Source: a virus
Virus record (IMG/VR): IMGVR_UViG_3300025122_000012
Span: 1-64,000 of that record
Length of the DNA stretch: 64,000 nt
Direction: 5' to 3' (one strand)
Below are positions 28,580 through 38,749 of the stretch, in pieces. A program made the position numbers and the translations under genes. A model generated the notes under the pieces. It saw nothing but the letters and a program-made list of their open reading frames with translations. It did not search any database and was not told the DNA's origin. Numbering within the stretch: the stretch's first letter is position 1; each line of letters starts with the position of its first letter.

Positions 28580-29350
28580 TTAAAGAGCGCCGAGCTCTGC
28601 GAAAGCAGCGTCAACAGCATTGCCGTCGCCCTCTGTGGTCTTCCCATACTTCTCGGTTTCGCTACTAACCGTCTCGGGATCGTCAACCTGTGCGTTGACG
28701 AAAGTGTCGAGAATAGTCTGGACATCGCTGGTCGCCTTTCGCTCGAACAGTCCAGTGAAATCTGGAATGCTATCGAGAAGCTCTGCGCACTTCTCGGGCG
28801 TCAGTTCCTCGCAAAGCGGGGAGGACCGGCGGCGAGGCACAAGCTTCGTCTGTGGGAAGGAAGCGCCCGGAGGCTTTCCGTAGGTCATCTGCAGGTCGGT
28901 GCCTGTCTCGGTGTCGGTGATATCACCATACTCCGGATTCAGCACGAGAGTCAGAAGATTCTCGTAGGCGGTCTTACCATAGCCCCACACGCGCACACCC
29001 TTCTCTTCCTCTCCACGAACCATCACGGGGCTGAAGAAACGCTGTCGCACAAAGAGAGACTTTGCAGTCTTCTTACTGTGGTCGTCGTTGTTGTCGACTC
29101 CCTCTCGCCAAAGTTGTGAGGCGAACTCACATACAGGACACTCGTCACTGTAGTTGCGCTTGGGGCAGAGGAAACCACCCTTCTCGATGTTGTAGTGAAA
29201 CCACATCTCCTTGAAGGGATCGCCGTCTGCCGTCGGAACGATTCGAATAGTCTGGTCGCCGTCATCAGGACGCCAGAATGTGTCATTTGAGTTGCCGTCT
29301 CCACGTAGTGACGAGAGCTTTTCTCTCATCTTGTCTAAATTGATACCCAT
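28580..29350 (-). CDS. gp32-like single-stranded DNA-binding protein
   Basis: FWRP..IRIVP, H..C..CPVC Zn site, DITD.ETG.D, acidic tail VDAAFAEL. Confidence 0.85.
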   Translation of the reverse strand: MGINLDKMREKLSSLRGDGNSNDTFWRPDDGDQTIRIVPTADGDPFKEMWFHYNIEKGGFLCPKRNYSDECPVCEFASQLWREGVDNNDDHSKKTAKSLFVRQRFFSPVMVRGEEEKGVRVWGYGKTAYENLLTLVLNPEYGDITDTETGTDLQMTYGKPPGASFPQTKLVPRRRSSPLCEELTPEKCAELLDSIPDFTGLFERKATSDVQTILDTFVNAQVDDPETVSSETEKYGKTTEGDGNAVDAAFAELGAL

Positions 29351-29382
29351 TTTTATCTCCTTATAGTTGGGTTAAAGTACGA

Positions 29383-30231
29383 TCAGCCAATATCCTGATC
29401 GTCTAGTTCTGTATATGATTGTACCACAGATGAATACTTAATGCAATAACAAAATTTCTGATCGTATGTTGTCTTAAAGACTCCGTACGAAATGTTGGTC
29501 CCCTCATCGAGCTTGGACTTTACATAATCAGTAATCTTGCGGTATAGTGCACCCTCTTCCATTAGGTCGTTCTCATTAATACCATAGTAGTATACCACAT
29601 CGCGCGCACATTTCAAGTCATAAAACCACTTTTCTTCATCATCATCTACACTGAGAACGCCGAAGGTTCCGATGCGACTGAGGTCCGAGGGCTTAATGAA
29701 GTTGCCAATGATGGGCTCTGAATTCTTAAAAACATTAATCATATGTACGGTGTTAACGATCGCCTGATTGACTACATCAAAGTATCCCAAAATGGAAACA
29801 TTCCCTACGCCACTCTCCACCAATAAATTATCGATGAGATAGACACACTCTAGGAGCCCGGAACGCGCGTACTCCTGTACAACGTTCCTTACAATTTTCT
29901 CCTGCATCTTTTGGGTTTCGCTCAAAAGGGCCAAGTCGGGCTGAACATACAGGACAGTTATGGTATTAGTTTTTAGTTGCTCAAGGAGACGAAGGGTGGC
30001 TCCCGATATCTGGCCGCTCCCTCCGATAATGACCAATACATCCTCCTTGTTAAAGTTGAGCTTCTTTTTTAAAGAAGGGAAATGCTTCTCATATTCTTCA
30101 TGACTATCTCTTTTTTTAATGGTGATGTCTGCGTCTTTGGTCACATCAATACTATAGGTTGTGTACTGGGGGAATTTAGAAAATACCCTGGTAACGTTGT
30201 GTCCCACTTTACCGAGCCCCACTACAATCAC
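29383..30231 (-). CDS. Divergent tubulin/FtsZ (PhuZ/TubZ-like) GTPase domain protein
   Basis: IVVGLGKVGHNV (T1), GGSGQISGA (T4-like loop), YLIDN. Confidence 0.65.
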   Translation of the reverse strand: MIVVGLGKVGHNVTRVFSKFPQYTTYSIDVTKDADITIKKRDSHEEYEKHFPSLKKKLNFNKEDVLVIIGGSGQISGATLRLLEQLKTNTITVLYVQPDLALLSETQKMQEKIVRNVVQEYARSGLLECVYLIDNLLVESGVGNVSILGYFDVVNQAIVNTVHMINVFKNSEPIIGNFIKPSDLSRIGTFGVLSVDDDEEKWFYDLKCARDVVYYYGINENDLMEEGALYRKITDYVKSKLDEGTNISYGVFKTTYDQKFCYCIKYSSVVQSYTELDDQDIG

Positions 30232-30545
30232 TTGTCTTCAACCCATTCTAAAATGAAGCCCATATCAAACGACCCCTTTGTTACCCATTTGGAAAGGCGA
30301 GCTGCCTCCACCTCGGAGGAGCGAATGCCTTCGCGTTCGCAAATAAAATTCAAAACTTCCTGGATATCTCCTGCTTCTTCGGCACATGGATTATCAATAA
30401 ACTCTTCTACCTCTTCACGTAATTTTTTCAACGCGTAGGCGCGCAAAGTATGGGGGTCTACCTGGTGAACCCGGGCGACCTTCTGGGCTTCTTCGATAAG
30501 TTCCGGAATCTTATCCCGAACGAGCTTGTCGTAATGTTGTTTCAT
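30228..30545 (-). CDS. All-alpha NTP pyrophosphohydrolase (MazG/HisE superfamily)
   Basis: KLVRDKIP..KLREEVEEF..EEAGD. Confidence 0.85.
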   Translation of the reverse strand: MKQHYDKLVRDKIPELIEEAQKVARVHQVDPHTLRAYALKKLREEVEEFIDNPCAEEAGDIQEVLNFICEREGIRSSEVEAARLSKWVTKGSFDMGFILEWVEDK

Positions 30546-31741
30546 AACTTGAGATCCTTAAGGTCGCCCAGATTCTTCCCGGCAGCAACGTTTACCTTAA
30601 AGATATCATACCGTGTTTTTTTGAAGGTGTCAAGCAAATTTAAAATTTCATATCGATCTTCTTCGGCCAAATCAATGTAGACCGCATCGTGAATTAAAAA
30701 GGAAATATAACTTTTTCTCCCCCTAAGTGCTTGATACACTTTATAGGCTTGCTCATGTACCATATCAATGGTTGTACTCTGAATTATATAATTCAAGGCG
30801 TGATGTTCGTCCACGTTTTCAATTATGCGACCATACTCTGTCTTAATCGTGCTACCGTCCCAGTATTTTTCTCGCACCACTTCCTTGTTGTACATCTCCT
30901 CTAGGGCCGCATGCGGACGGTCAGAATACAGCCACGCAAATGTCTTAGTCTTTGCTTTCTCGCGGCTTAAGTTGCCGCCAAAGACATTCTGGGCGTTCCA
31001 CGCGTGGATATCATTGGTGGGCTGGCTCTTGCCCGCCAAGGCTAACAGGGTCCGCAGTTCGGCGGCATTAAAATCTAACTCAAGAAGCCAATCATTATGA
31101 GGCCTGATGCATTGGCGAAATTCTTTGTTCATTGTAAGGATGGGAAAGGTGTGCGGCTGGGTTGCGAGGCGACCCGTGATGGTGCCCCACGGATTATAGT
31201 CGCACGTCGGGCGTACAGTTTGGAGCGTCTTTATAAAGTTTTTACCGCGGACCGAACCTAGAAGATGCTGAATGGGCCTCACATCAATATTCAGAGAGCG
31301 TTCTCGAATCGCGGTAAGCATCTCCAACAACTGATACATCTGTTTATAGTTCTCGGGGCGACGGATGGTGTTAAGAACATGTTGAGTAATACTATTCTTG
31401 GCGCTAAGAAACTGGAATAAGAAGTATTCGGGGACTACATCGTAAAAACAATTATGTTGTAGAGAAAGTTGCGCCTTTTCAAAAGCGCGAAGGCATGCAC
31501 GTACTCGTTGTTTGATAGCCTCCCACTCTTCTTGAAGATTTTCGGGGCACATCTCTGTGAGCGTGGCTCCGTTGCTATAGATGCGCGCGATCTCATACCC
31601 ATCGCCCGTTAGGTGAGATGAGTAGTCCCACGTTTTGCCAATACGAGGGAGCGGCGAACGAGGATTAATCATGTTGTTGGCAAAATATCCCACACAATCG
31701 GCGTTGCTATCCAGAACTTGAAAGAGGGGCGCTTCATCCAT
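30542..31741 (-). CDS. Minimal family A DNA polymerase domain protein
   Basis: TGRL, DFNAAELR (motif A), REKAK..F..LY (motif B), NYIIQST, IHD (motif C). Confidence 0.8.
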   Translation of the reverse strand: MDEAPLFQVLDSNADCVGYFANNMINPRSPLPRIGKTWDYSSHLTGDGYEIARIYSNGATLTEMCPENLQEEWEAIKQRVRACLRAFEKAQLSLQHNCFYDVVPEYFLFQFLSAKNSITQHVLNTIRRPENYKQMYQLLEMLTAIRERSLNIDVRPIQHLLGSVRGKNFIKTLQTVRPTCDYNPWGTITGRLATQPHTFPILTMNKEFRQCIRPHNDWLLELDFNAAELRTLLALAGKSQPTNDIHAWNAQNVFGGNLSREKAKTKTFAWLYSDRPHAALEEMYNKEVVREKYWDGSTIKTEYGRIIENVDEHHALNYIIQSTTIDMVHEQAYKVYQALRGRKSYISFLIHDAVYIDLAEEDRYEILNLLDTFKKTRYDIFKVNVAAGKNLGDLKDLKL

Positions 31742-31748
31742 CTACACT

Positions 31749-31777
31749 ACTGTATCATTAGAGAGGGCGCCCGTCAA
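31749..31777 (-). promoter_or_regulatory. Sigma70-type promoter TTGACG-N17-TACAGT
   Basis: At the structural/replication module boundary, 7 nt before ATG 31741. Confidence 0.5.
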
Positions 31778-33105
31778 GAAGATTTTGTCTTTTTCTTCGG
31801 TAAGGAGCCTGCTATATGACTTTCGCGCATCAGAACGCTCACGGGCTTTCCGGCTAATAGGGGCAATGTAGAGGGATAAATATATTTTCTATATTCCTTA
31901 TTGATCTCCTTGGCGGCGCGCTGGTATGGTGTCATCACCGTGGGGGCCCGAAGGGTGTACAGTTCGTATGCGCGGTTGCGGATGCGCAGAAGGTCGATCT
32001 TTTTCACGGCGTGTTGAGATTCTACTTGTCTCAAGTCAATATAAAGATCGATCATTTCTTTAGGGTCGAGGCGCCCAGTCATTGCTTTTAGATTATACTG
32101 TTCACGGATATGGGTCGTATAGTCAAACCCTCCGTCTTTGCAAATTTTATGCTTCTGATAGAGCGGGGCAGATGTCGAAAGAAATCTATAGGCCCGCAAG
32201 AAAATAGCCAGCAGATCATCGAAGTCAGTAAGATAGGTTTGTTTATAAAACACTTTAAAAAAATTATCTTTTGTAACGGGATCATAAGTTATAGGATCCA
32301 AATACATTTGAATTTCCTCCATCGCCGCATCAGTAAAAAGGTCTGCCGTTAAAACCCACGGTCGATTCTTAGCTACGCGTAGCCCAAATTTTTTGGCCGC
32401 ATTATTATAAAACAGGAAATTAGGATCTTGAATCCACGCCTCATACTTTAGTTTATCGTCGGCAGGATCACTATCTGATAGGCTAATAGATAGGCCCGTT
32501 CCCATTAGCCCCATCCGATAAGATAAAACTAAATTTGTTTTAGTTACTGGAAAGAAGGCCGCCATTCTTTTTAAGAAACGACTGTAATAATAAATAAAGG
32601 TTTTAAAATTATCAATTGGTCGCGAGGATGGCGCCTTAAAGCTCGTTACAAAAGCCTCCGCGAGCATATCATGAAATCGAGTATAGCGTTGGCTCGGGTC
32701 TTCGTAGCCTCCTTTCGCCTGCGGAAACAAGATTTCTTTGTTGCCCGTCTTAGACACAGCCCCCACTAAATACGCCTCCGACATATGGTTAACGAATGCG
32801 CTAAAAGAATTTGTAACAAAAGCCAACGCAAAAAGGGGAAACGTTGCTTCCTGTACTTGAGTGAGGGCCGCTGCGGCCGGGATCACAGTATTCTGTTGAA
32901 CATCTACTTTTCCAAAGTACCCTTTTTGGTACCATGTGTCCAAGGGTGCGGGGATACCTTCTGAGCGGGTGGGGAATATACGATCCCGATAGAGGCTGCG
33001 CTGGAACGACGACGCAAAAGCGGTTAAGTTATTGCGGCCATCGGGGTTGCGCAGCTCGCGCTCGCTGAAAAAATAACCTTGGCTATCACTTATTTTAACT
33101 GTCAT
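31774..33105 (-). CDS. Hypothetical protein (end of baseplate operon)
   Basis: Probable start MTVKISD directly after the upstream stop. Confidence 0.6.
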   Translation of the reverse strand: MTVKISDSQGYFFSERELRNPDGRNNLTAFASSFQRSLYRDRIFPTRSEGIPAPLDTWYQKGYFGKVDVQQNTVIPAAAALTQVQEATFPLFALAFVTNSFSAFVNHMSEAYLVGAVSKTGNKEILFPQAKGGYEDPSQRYTRFHDMLAEAFVTSFKAPSSRPIDNFKTFIYYYSRFLKRMAAFFPVTKTNLVLSYRMGLMGTGLSISLSDSDPADDKLKYEAWIQDPNFLFYNNAAKKFGLRVAKNRPWVLTADLFTDAAMEEIQMYLDPITYDPVTKDNFFKVFYKQTYLTDFDDLLAIFLRAYRFLSTSAPLYQKHKICKDGGFDYTTHIREQYNLKAMTGRLDPKEMIDLYIDLRQVESQHAVKKIDLLRIRNRAYELYTLRAPTVMTPYQRAAKEINKEYRKYIYPSTLPLLAGKPVSVLMRESHIAGSLPKKKTKSS

Positions 33106-33106
33106 T

Positions 33107-36100
33107 CTAGAACCCGCCGAGTAGGCGCGCTTCTTCGGGAGGCGCTTCGGCCATCGCAATCGCTTTCTCTTGGGAGATATCGCTCGATTGTACGAACCCC
33201 ATGAAGAGACGAATTTCATCTTGGGTGTACCCATTCGCTGCCATCTCTGCGGCAAGATCCCGCGAATCCTCTCCCGTTCCTACGATTAAGGTTAGATCAT
33301 CTATGTCGGTGCTAAACTTTTCAGGCGCTGGGGCTAGAATAGCATCTGTTTCTGGGGCCGTAGCAGGCACCAGGCTTTGCTTTTTCTCTATCTCTTCTGC
33401 AGCGTGCTCTTCGGCCGGGTTAAGGTTGAGAGGCTCAATAGTCTCCCCTAGTAGCTCTGCGGCAGTGAAGCTTTCTATCTTAACCACCTTCTCGTTGAAG
33501 TTCGTATCGAAGGGAACCATTTGTTGGATCGCCTTAACTGATGTAGTATAGCCCTCGGGACCTAATTGATGATTCACACCTGTGACCAAGAAATAGCCCC
33601 CCAAACCAATCAGGCGCGCGATGTTGGGAATGCCCCCAATGGCTTTAGCAGATCCGGCGCCGATTGCAATAGGATCAATGTAAACAAACGTACCGTTCTT
33701 ATGAAAGTTGTTTCCTATCATATTCATATTTACGCTATATAGTTCTTTTAACTGCTGGGCGCCGAGAGAACCGTCCTTGTCAATCCGGGCCTCGCGATAG
33801 CCGGGCATATCCTCTCGGTTAAATACAATCTCCTTGGCCAAACCACAGCGGCCGCCCAAGAAATAATGGTAAATACCTTCTTTAAGATCAGACATACGAT
33901 CGCCGGTGTCGGGTCGCGAATCCACGCTATATAAAACGGTGGTGGGTATGAGTGTGTTAACACTCTGGGCGTGAAGGCTGAACTGATCCAACTTTCTGGC
34001 GGCGATATGGGCTGCGGCGAGGCCCTCTTCGCCATCAAGGGGAATATTATTCTTCCCTTTAAAACTTTTGTTTAACCTAAAGTTGGCAGTGTCAAAACGC
34101 AAATTAAAGCTAAGGTCTTCAAAGCACGCCTCATTAAATGCCGTTCCAAGCAGCCCTGCACATACGTCTTTAATAAAGTTCAACAAAAAATAAGAGTCCT
34201 TTTTTTTGCGAATCACTGTGTCTAAGAACCATTCATTAAACTTGTCAAGAGAAATGGGAATACTTCCAATGTCCATATGAGTGGTGATCCCGGCTAATTT
34301 TTTGAAACGGAGGGGGTCAATATCGCGCAGTCTCTTAAGTGCTGTTTCGCTTTTGCCGGGGCACTCGTAAGTGACTTGCTTGATTTGATAGGCCGCAAGA
34401 GGGTCTATTAACTCAATCCTCCCCAATACCATTTGCATTTGAGCGGCGTCAGCGCCGTTTTCTTGGACAAGGTGTTGTAACTGAATATCAAAGACCGCAT
34501 CAAATAAGTCGCCCAAATACATATAAGGAATAAGAACATTGTCTTGACCGCCTGTCGCAAAAATACCCACATTGTCTGCCATTTCCTTGAGTTCGGCGCT
34601 TCGGGTATCTGTATCTTCCTCCTTCGGAGGGGTTGTTTCGTCCTTTGAGACCTCTGTAACTACCGTGGTCACCTCTTCGGTCGAAGCCACCTCCGCAGCT
34701 GGGACCGGCTCGGGGCTCAAAGTCATCTGTGATCTTTTCTTAGCCTCTTCGGCGCGCATGGCAGGAGTCATCTTACCAAGTGGATTGAGTAGTTGCTCCG
34801 ACGGTATCCTAATACCATAAATCTGATCGCGATCATACAGAGATTGTAAAAATTTATTATACTTACGCAAGCGATCCAACTTCATCAAAGAAATAACCTT
34901 TTGCTGCTTCTCTCGAATCTTGTCATCGAAGGTCGGATCCCCCTTCCCTTGTCGTTGTTTCTTTTCGAGAGCCGCTATTTCCTCTTCTAGCTTTTTTACG
35001 TCCTCGGAATTTAATTCTTTAGCAATAAAGATATCAGCACTCGGTGATCTCATTATACCAGATAACGATGCCTGATAATCAATCGATAGTTCAATGGTGC
35101 CATTCTGTTCAAAGCGCAGCTCGTGACTAACAATCTGCAGATGAAGGGCTATTCGGCTTTCATCGATCGCCTTTTGTACCATTGAGATTTTTATTTGATC
35201 CTGATCAAGAATATCTAGCTGGCCAAAATCAGGAGGCGTGCTCCACCCCACCAATGCCTTAATACGATAGGCGGCGCCTTCATATACCTGTGCATCAATA
35301 TTACAAGGAGGGCTTAGATCAGGTTCGTCATCAAGTTTAGCTCCGATTTTCCCCTCTTCCTCTTGGGCTTCTCGTTCGGCCTGCGTAACCGTAGTGCCGG
35401 AGCCAATTATTAAATCAAGGTATCCGGGTTGATCCGGAATACCTCCCTGGTAGCCGCCGGCGGCATTTTTGTTAAATCTAAAAAGATCAAATACGCTTTG
35501 AAAATGGAGAACCAAATTAGCTGAGATGATGTTATCCACTTCCGCGGGCTGTACACCATCCAAACTCCATGTAAACGACTTAATCCCCGCGCCCCCGATA
35601 CGTCCATATTTCCCCTTTGTTATTTGAGAAACATCGTTAGGGTCTATAAAGTTAGAAAAAGGAATACGTAACTCTTGATAAGGAACGTATTGATCACTTC
35701 CAGGACGGATCGGTTTATAATCCACCCGGAACAATTCAATGTGGGGAACCAATAGGGCCCACACATCGGGACACAATGCTTGGAGCGCTAAAATTTTATC
35801 ATCGTTAAAGAGGCCCTGGCCGTGATTGATCTTAGATATAATATTGCCAGGCTGGGCCATCCCCATTTTTCCAATGTGAGTGTAAGAATCCCCAGCATGC
35901 GCAACTGCTAGCTTTCTAAGATGCTCAAGGAGATAGCATTGAACATCCACCGCGTATACTTCGCCCTCACGTAATGCTCTTTTATCTTGGGGTGCTAAGG
36001 GCTCTGGAACAGGGGGGGTGGAGGTGCCAGTGCGTGAGGGGCGGCCGCCGAGGTCTGGGCCTCCCTTGCCGGGAACTCCCTCGTCGCCTTTCATCACCTC

Positions 36101-37597
36101 GCGAACAGCATTCACGAAGGCCGGGTTTTGGAGCGATGCACCGAAGGCCAATATGGTGCGTTGCCATTCCCAGAACAACGAAAGATAATCAATATACAAA
36201 TACTGAGGCTGCGGGCGCCCTCCCCACTGGTTATCTTCCGCCGCCTTATAGCCCATAAGCACTAGGTTTCCCGCGCCCCACCGGGTGAGGCCGTGGTGCT
36301 TGCCGTAGTGGCCGTAAGAAGTTATAGCCATGTAGGTAGGGAAGCCACCAGAGTGCCCACCACCTTTGTTGAACTTTGACTTTAGACGATCATAGTATAT
36401 AAAATTATTAGCGCCGTTCATGACCTGACGTGCATAAGAGGGAATATTGGGACCTACACTGCCCCCCTGGAGGCCTTTTTCATCAGTATTAATGGGGGTG
36501 CAGCCCCACTTATAACCCTGATCCTTGATATTCTTTTGGGTCAGTTTCCCGCCCAGATTAAATTGTTTGCCGTCCCAGCTCTTGTCCCAGCCGTAATCAA
36601 TTATTTCCTTCTCCGTGACGGTCTTGTAGGGGCCGCTCATAAATGCCGCAATCAGAGGGGCTGTATTCTTGTTCTTGTGTTTTATGATTTTCCAGCCAGC
36701 CGCATTCATCTTCGTTGGATCTTCCGGGCCGTCCAGGGCGTCTGCGGTAAATTTAGAGCCGTAGCTCGAGTTGCCAAACATACTATTCATTACAAGGTTA
36801 AAGCGTACATAGTCATTAATGGTATCATTGTTATGCTTCCCGGTCTTGGTAACCCACCCCAGACTCTTGGTAGGGTCGACGCCGCCCTGTTTCACAAAAA
36901 ACTTCTGTTGGCTTGAGCAAATCCAAACTCCCTCATTCTTGGATGTCCGCATATCCGGAAACCAGGACGTCATATCGCCGCTCACAAGCTCCCGACAAAC
37001 CTCAGCAATTTCAGACTTCGCTAATTTTTTATAATCATACTGGCGGCTCTGCCAGTACTTAATATTCCCGCCGTAGCCTTGGTCGTCTCTGATAACATCT
37101 TTGTAGCTGGAGTGGCTTTGATTGGAGCCCGGGCCACCCTGATAATCCATAAATGCATCTCGTATGTTAAGGATTTTCTCGCTGCCGCGGCCATCGGATC
37201 CGGTCTTGAAAATTCCGTGCTTAGGATAGGGAGGGTCGACATCGATCGTGTCGCCCATGCCGTCGACCGAGCTTGATCTGTCGCCCATAAGGGGGTTCCA
37301 GGAATAGCGCCCCTCGTTCAGCGCCATCCCGATCAGCAGCTGCTGGGAGGTTCCGTCGCCCTTCCAATCATTGGTGGTCGAATCCTTCTGGGGATTCTGC
37401 CTTTCACTATTTTTATAGCCGTTGTAACGGAAATCTCCGTGTGAAAAATAGTACTGAGCTGCATACCGGCCGCAGGCTGGCAAGAACCGCTCGAACCACC
37501 ACTTCGCCCACTTCTTGCTTTTGTTACCAATGAGGCCTGTACTAATCCAACCTAATGCATCATCTGGGTCAAAGCCGGGAGGCTGGTCACTACTCAT
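33107..37597 (-). CDS. Large baseplate hub-like protein
   Basis: Follows tape measure/tube-initiator/LysM genes; C-terminal MIGN..G..VYIDP..GLGGYFLVTGVNH..YTTSV resembles hub proteins. Confidence 0.55.
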   Translation of the reverse strand: MSSDQPPGFDPDDALGWISTGLIGNKSKKWAKWWFERFLPACGRYAAQYYFSHGDFRYNGYKNSERQNPQKDSTTNDWKGDGTSQQLLIGMALNEGRYSWNPLMGDRSSSVDGMGDTIDVDPPYPKHGIFKTGSDGRGSEKILNIRDAFMDYQGGPGSNQSHSSYKDVIRDDQGYGGNIKYWQSRQYDYKKLAKSEIAEVCRELVSGDMTSWFPDMRTSKNEGVWICSSQQKFFVKQGGVDPTKSLGWVTKTGKHNNDTINDYVRFNLVMNSMFGNSSYGSKFTADALDGPEDPTKMNAAGWKIIKHKNKNTAPLIAAFMSGPYKTVTEKEIIDYGWDKSWDGKQFNLGGKLTQKNIKDQGYKWGCTPINTDEKGLQGGSVGPNIPSYARQVMNGANNFIYYDRLKSKFNKGGGHSGGFPTYMAITSYGHYGKHHGLTRWGAGNLVLMGYKAAEDNQWGGRPQPQYLYIDYLSLFWEWQRTILAFGASLQNPAFVNAVREVMKGDEGVPGKGGPDLGGRPSRTGTSTPPVPEPLAPQDKRALREGEVYAVDVQCYLLEHLRKLAVAHAGDSYTHIGKMGMAQPGNIISKINHGQGLFNDDKILALQALCPDVWALLVPHIELFRVDYKPIRPGSDQYVPYQELRIPFSNFIDPNDVSQITKGKYGRIGGAGIKSFTWSLDGVQPAEVDNIISANLVLHFQSVFDLFRFNKNAAGGYQGGIPDQPGYLDLIIGSGTTVTQAEREAQEEEGKIGAKLDDEPDLSPPCNIDAQVYEGAAYRIKALVGWSTPPDFGQLDILDQDQIKISMVQKAIDESRIALHLQIVSHELRFEQNGTIELSIDYQASLSGIMRSPSADIFIAKELNSEDVKKLEEEIAALEKKQRQGKGDPTFDDKIREKQQKVISLMKLDRLRKYNKFLQSLYDRDQIYGIRIPSEQLLNPLGKMTPAMRAEEAKKRSQMTLSPEPVPAAEVASTEEVTTVVTEVSKDETTPPKEEDTDTRSAELKEMADNVGIFATGGQDNVLIPYMYLGDLFDAVFDIQLQHLVQENGADAAQMQMVLGRIELIDPLAAYQIKQVTYECPGKSETALKRLRDIDPLRFKKLAGITTHMDIGSIPISLDKFNEWFLDTVIRKKKDSYFLLNFIKDVCAGLLGTAFNEACFEDLSFNLRFDTANFRLNKSFKGKNNIPLDGEEGLAAAHIAARKLDQFSLHAQSVNTLIPTTVLYSVDSRPDTGDRMSDLKEGIYHYFLGGRCGLAKEIVFNREDMPGYREARIDKDGSLGAQQLKELYSVNMNMIGNNFHKNGTFVYIDPIAIGAGSAKAIGGIPNIARLIGLGGYFLVTGVNHQLGPEGYTTSVKAIQQMVPFDTNFNEKVVKIESFTAAELLGETIEPLNLNPAEEHAAEEIEKKQSLVPATAPETDAILAPAPEKFSTDIDDLTLIVGTGEDSRDLAAEMAANGYTQDEIRLFMGFVQSSDISQEKAIAMAEAPPEEARLLGGF

Positions 37598-37600
37598 AAT

Positions 37601-37939
37601 TTACCTTAGGTAAAATCCCAACACTATGGACAAGGGCAAAGGAATATAAATTACATCCCCAGCGCTTAAGTCCGATTCAGTGGGGCGCTTGTTGTACTGG
37701 GCGATCACCCACCAATATTCAGGAGCACTGTAGTACCTCGCTGCCAATTTATAGAATCTATCCCCGACTCTCCACACATGCTGAACGCGAGTAAGCTCCC
37801 GCAGCTGTGCTATGGTGGGGTACTTCATATTCGGGGTGCCATATTGACGAATAAATTTAACATCACGACGCTCAAGAAGATTATCATACATCTCGTTGTC
37901 GTTTTTATATACCTTGCGATCGTCGTATCTGTTGCTCAT
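37601..37939 (-). CDS. LysM/tail-X-like baseplate protein
   Basis: GDRFYKLAARYY..WWVIAQYN..GDVIYIP. Confidence 0.8.
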   Translation of the reverse strand: MSNRYDDRKVYKNDNEMYDNLLERRDVKFIRQYGTPNMKYPTIAQLRELTRVQHVWRVGDRFYKLAARYYSAPEYWWVIAQYNKRPTESDLSAGDVIYIPLPLSIVLGFYLR

Positions 37940-38739
37940 TTCTCTTCGACCTCCTGGACTGCAGCCGCCTCCTGGTCGGCGTTGGCGCCCTTCCCGGTGG
38001 GGTCAGGGTTAACCTGCACCGGCGCTGGGGCGGCGAAGCCGTCAGCGGGGGCAAAGCGATTGGTGCCACCATGGGGAAAATTATCGAGATTGGCGGTGGT
38101 GCTCTCAGCACGCTGGGCCGCGTTCTCGCTCGACTTTCCAAAATAATATGTATTCTCTCCCCCTTCAACCCACCCTGTCATATGAGTATGCAGCACCGTA
38201 AAGCTTAAATTAAGGCTTATAAGCTGATAATAGATCGAGCCCACGTCGCCACCGCCTTTATAAAAACCCGAGTCCTTACTATTGGGTTCGGCGCCCCCAA
38301 AAAACTGGCCGCTGTTGATATCCGGCGCATAATCTACGCCCTCCAAATACCCCACAAGGCCCCCCTGGTCGAGGTTGCTCTGCAACTCATTGGCCCATTG
38401 AAGCTTCAAGAGGGGGGCAGCCGAAATAATCTGTTCGTCGGCCCTCTCCCTATTATCATAAACGGGATATAAAAACTGAATTAGTCTGTTGATCTTGCGA
38501 TCATTTGTGTAAGCCTCTTCCTGGCTGGCGGCCACTATATCAAAAGTTAAATTAATTTTTCGGGTGGTACTTTGAAAAGTAGTGAGAGGGTCCATTCGTC
38601 CGTAAACCGGCACATCATTCCAGGTTGACATAAACGAGTCGCTGAAGCCCGTGACCCATCCGGGAAAGGTGACGTCGTGCCCCGTAGCAATATGCTCAAA
38701 GCGAATATTATAATTTCTTTCTAGTCCCGGTACCAACAT
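37936..38739 (-). CDS. Baseplate tail-tube initiator-like protein
   Basis: FSDSF..W..VYGRMDP..TTRKINLTF; position after tape measure. Confidence 0.65.
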   Translation of the reverse strand: MLVPGLERNYNIRFEHIATGHDVTFPGWVTGFSDSFMSTWNDVPVYGRMDPLTTFQSTTRKINLTFDIVAASQEEAYTNDRKINRLIQFLYPVYDNRERADEQIISAAPLLKLQWANELQSNLDQGGLVGYLEGVDYAPDINSGQFFGGAEPNSKDSGFYKGGGDVGSIYYQLISLNLSFTVLHTHMTGWVEGGENTYYFGKSSENAAQRAESTTANLDNFPHGGTNRFAPADGFAAPAPVQVNPDPTGKGANADQEAAAVQEVEEK

Positions 38740-38749
38740 TTATACCTCC

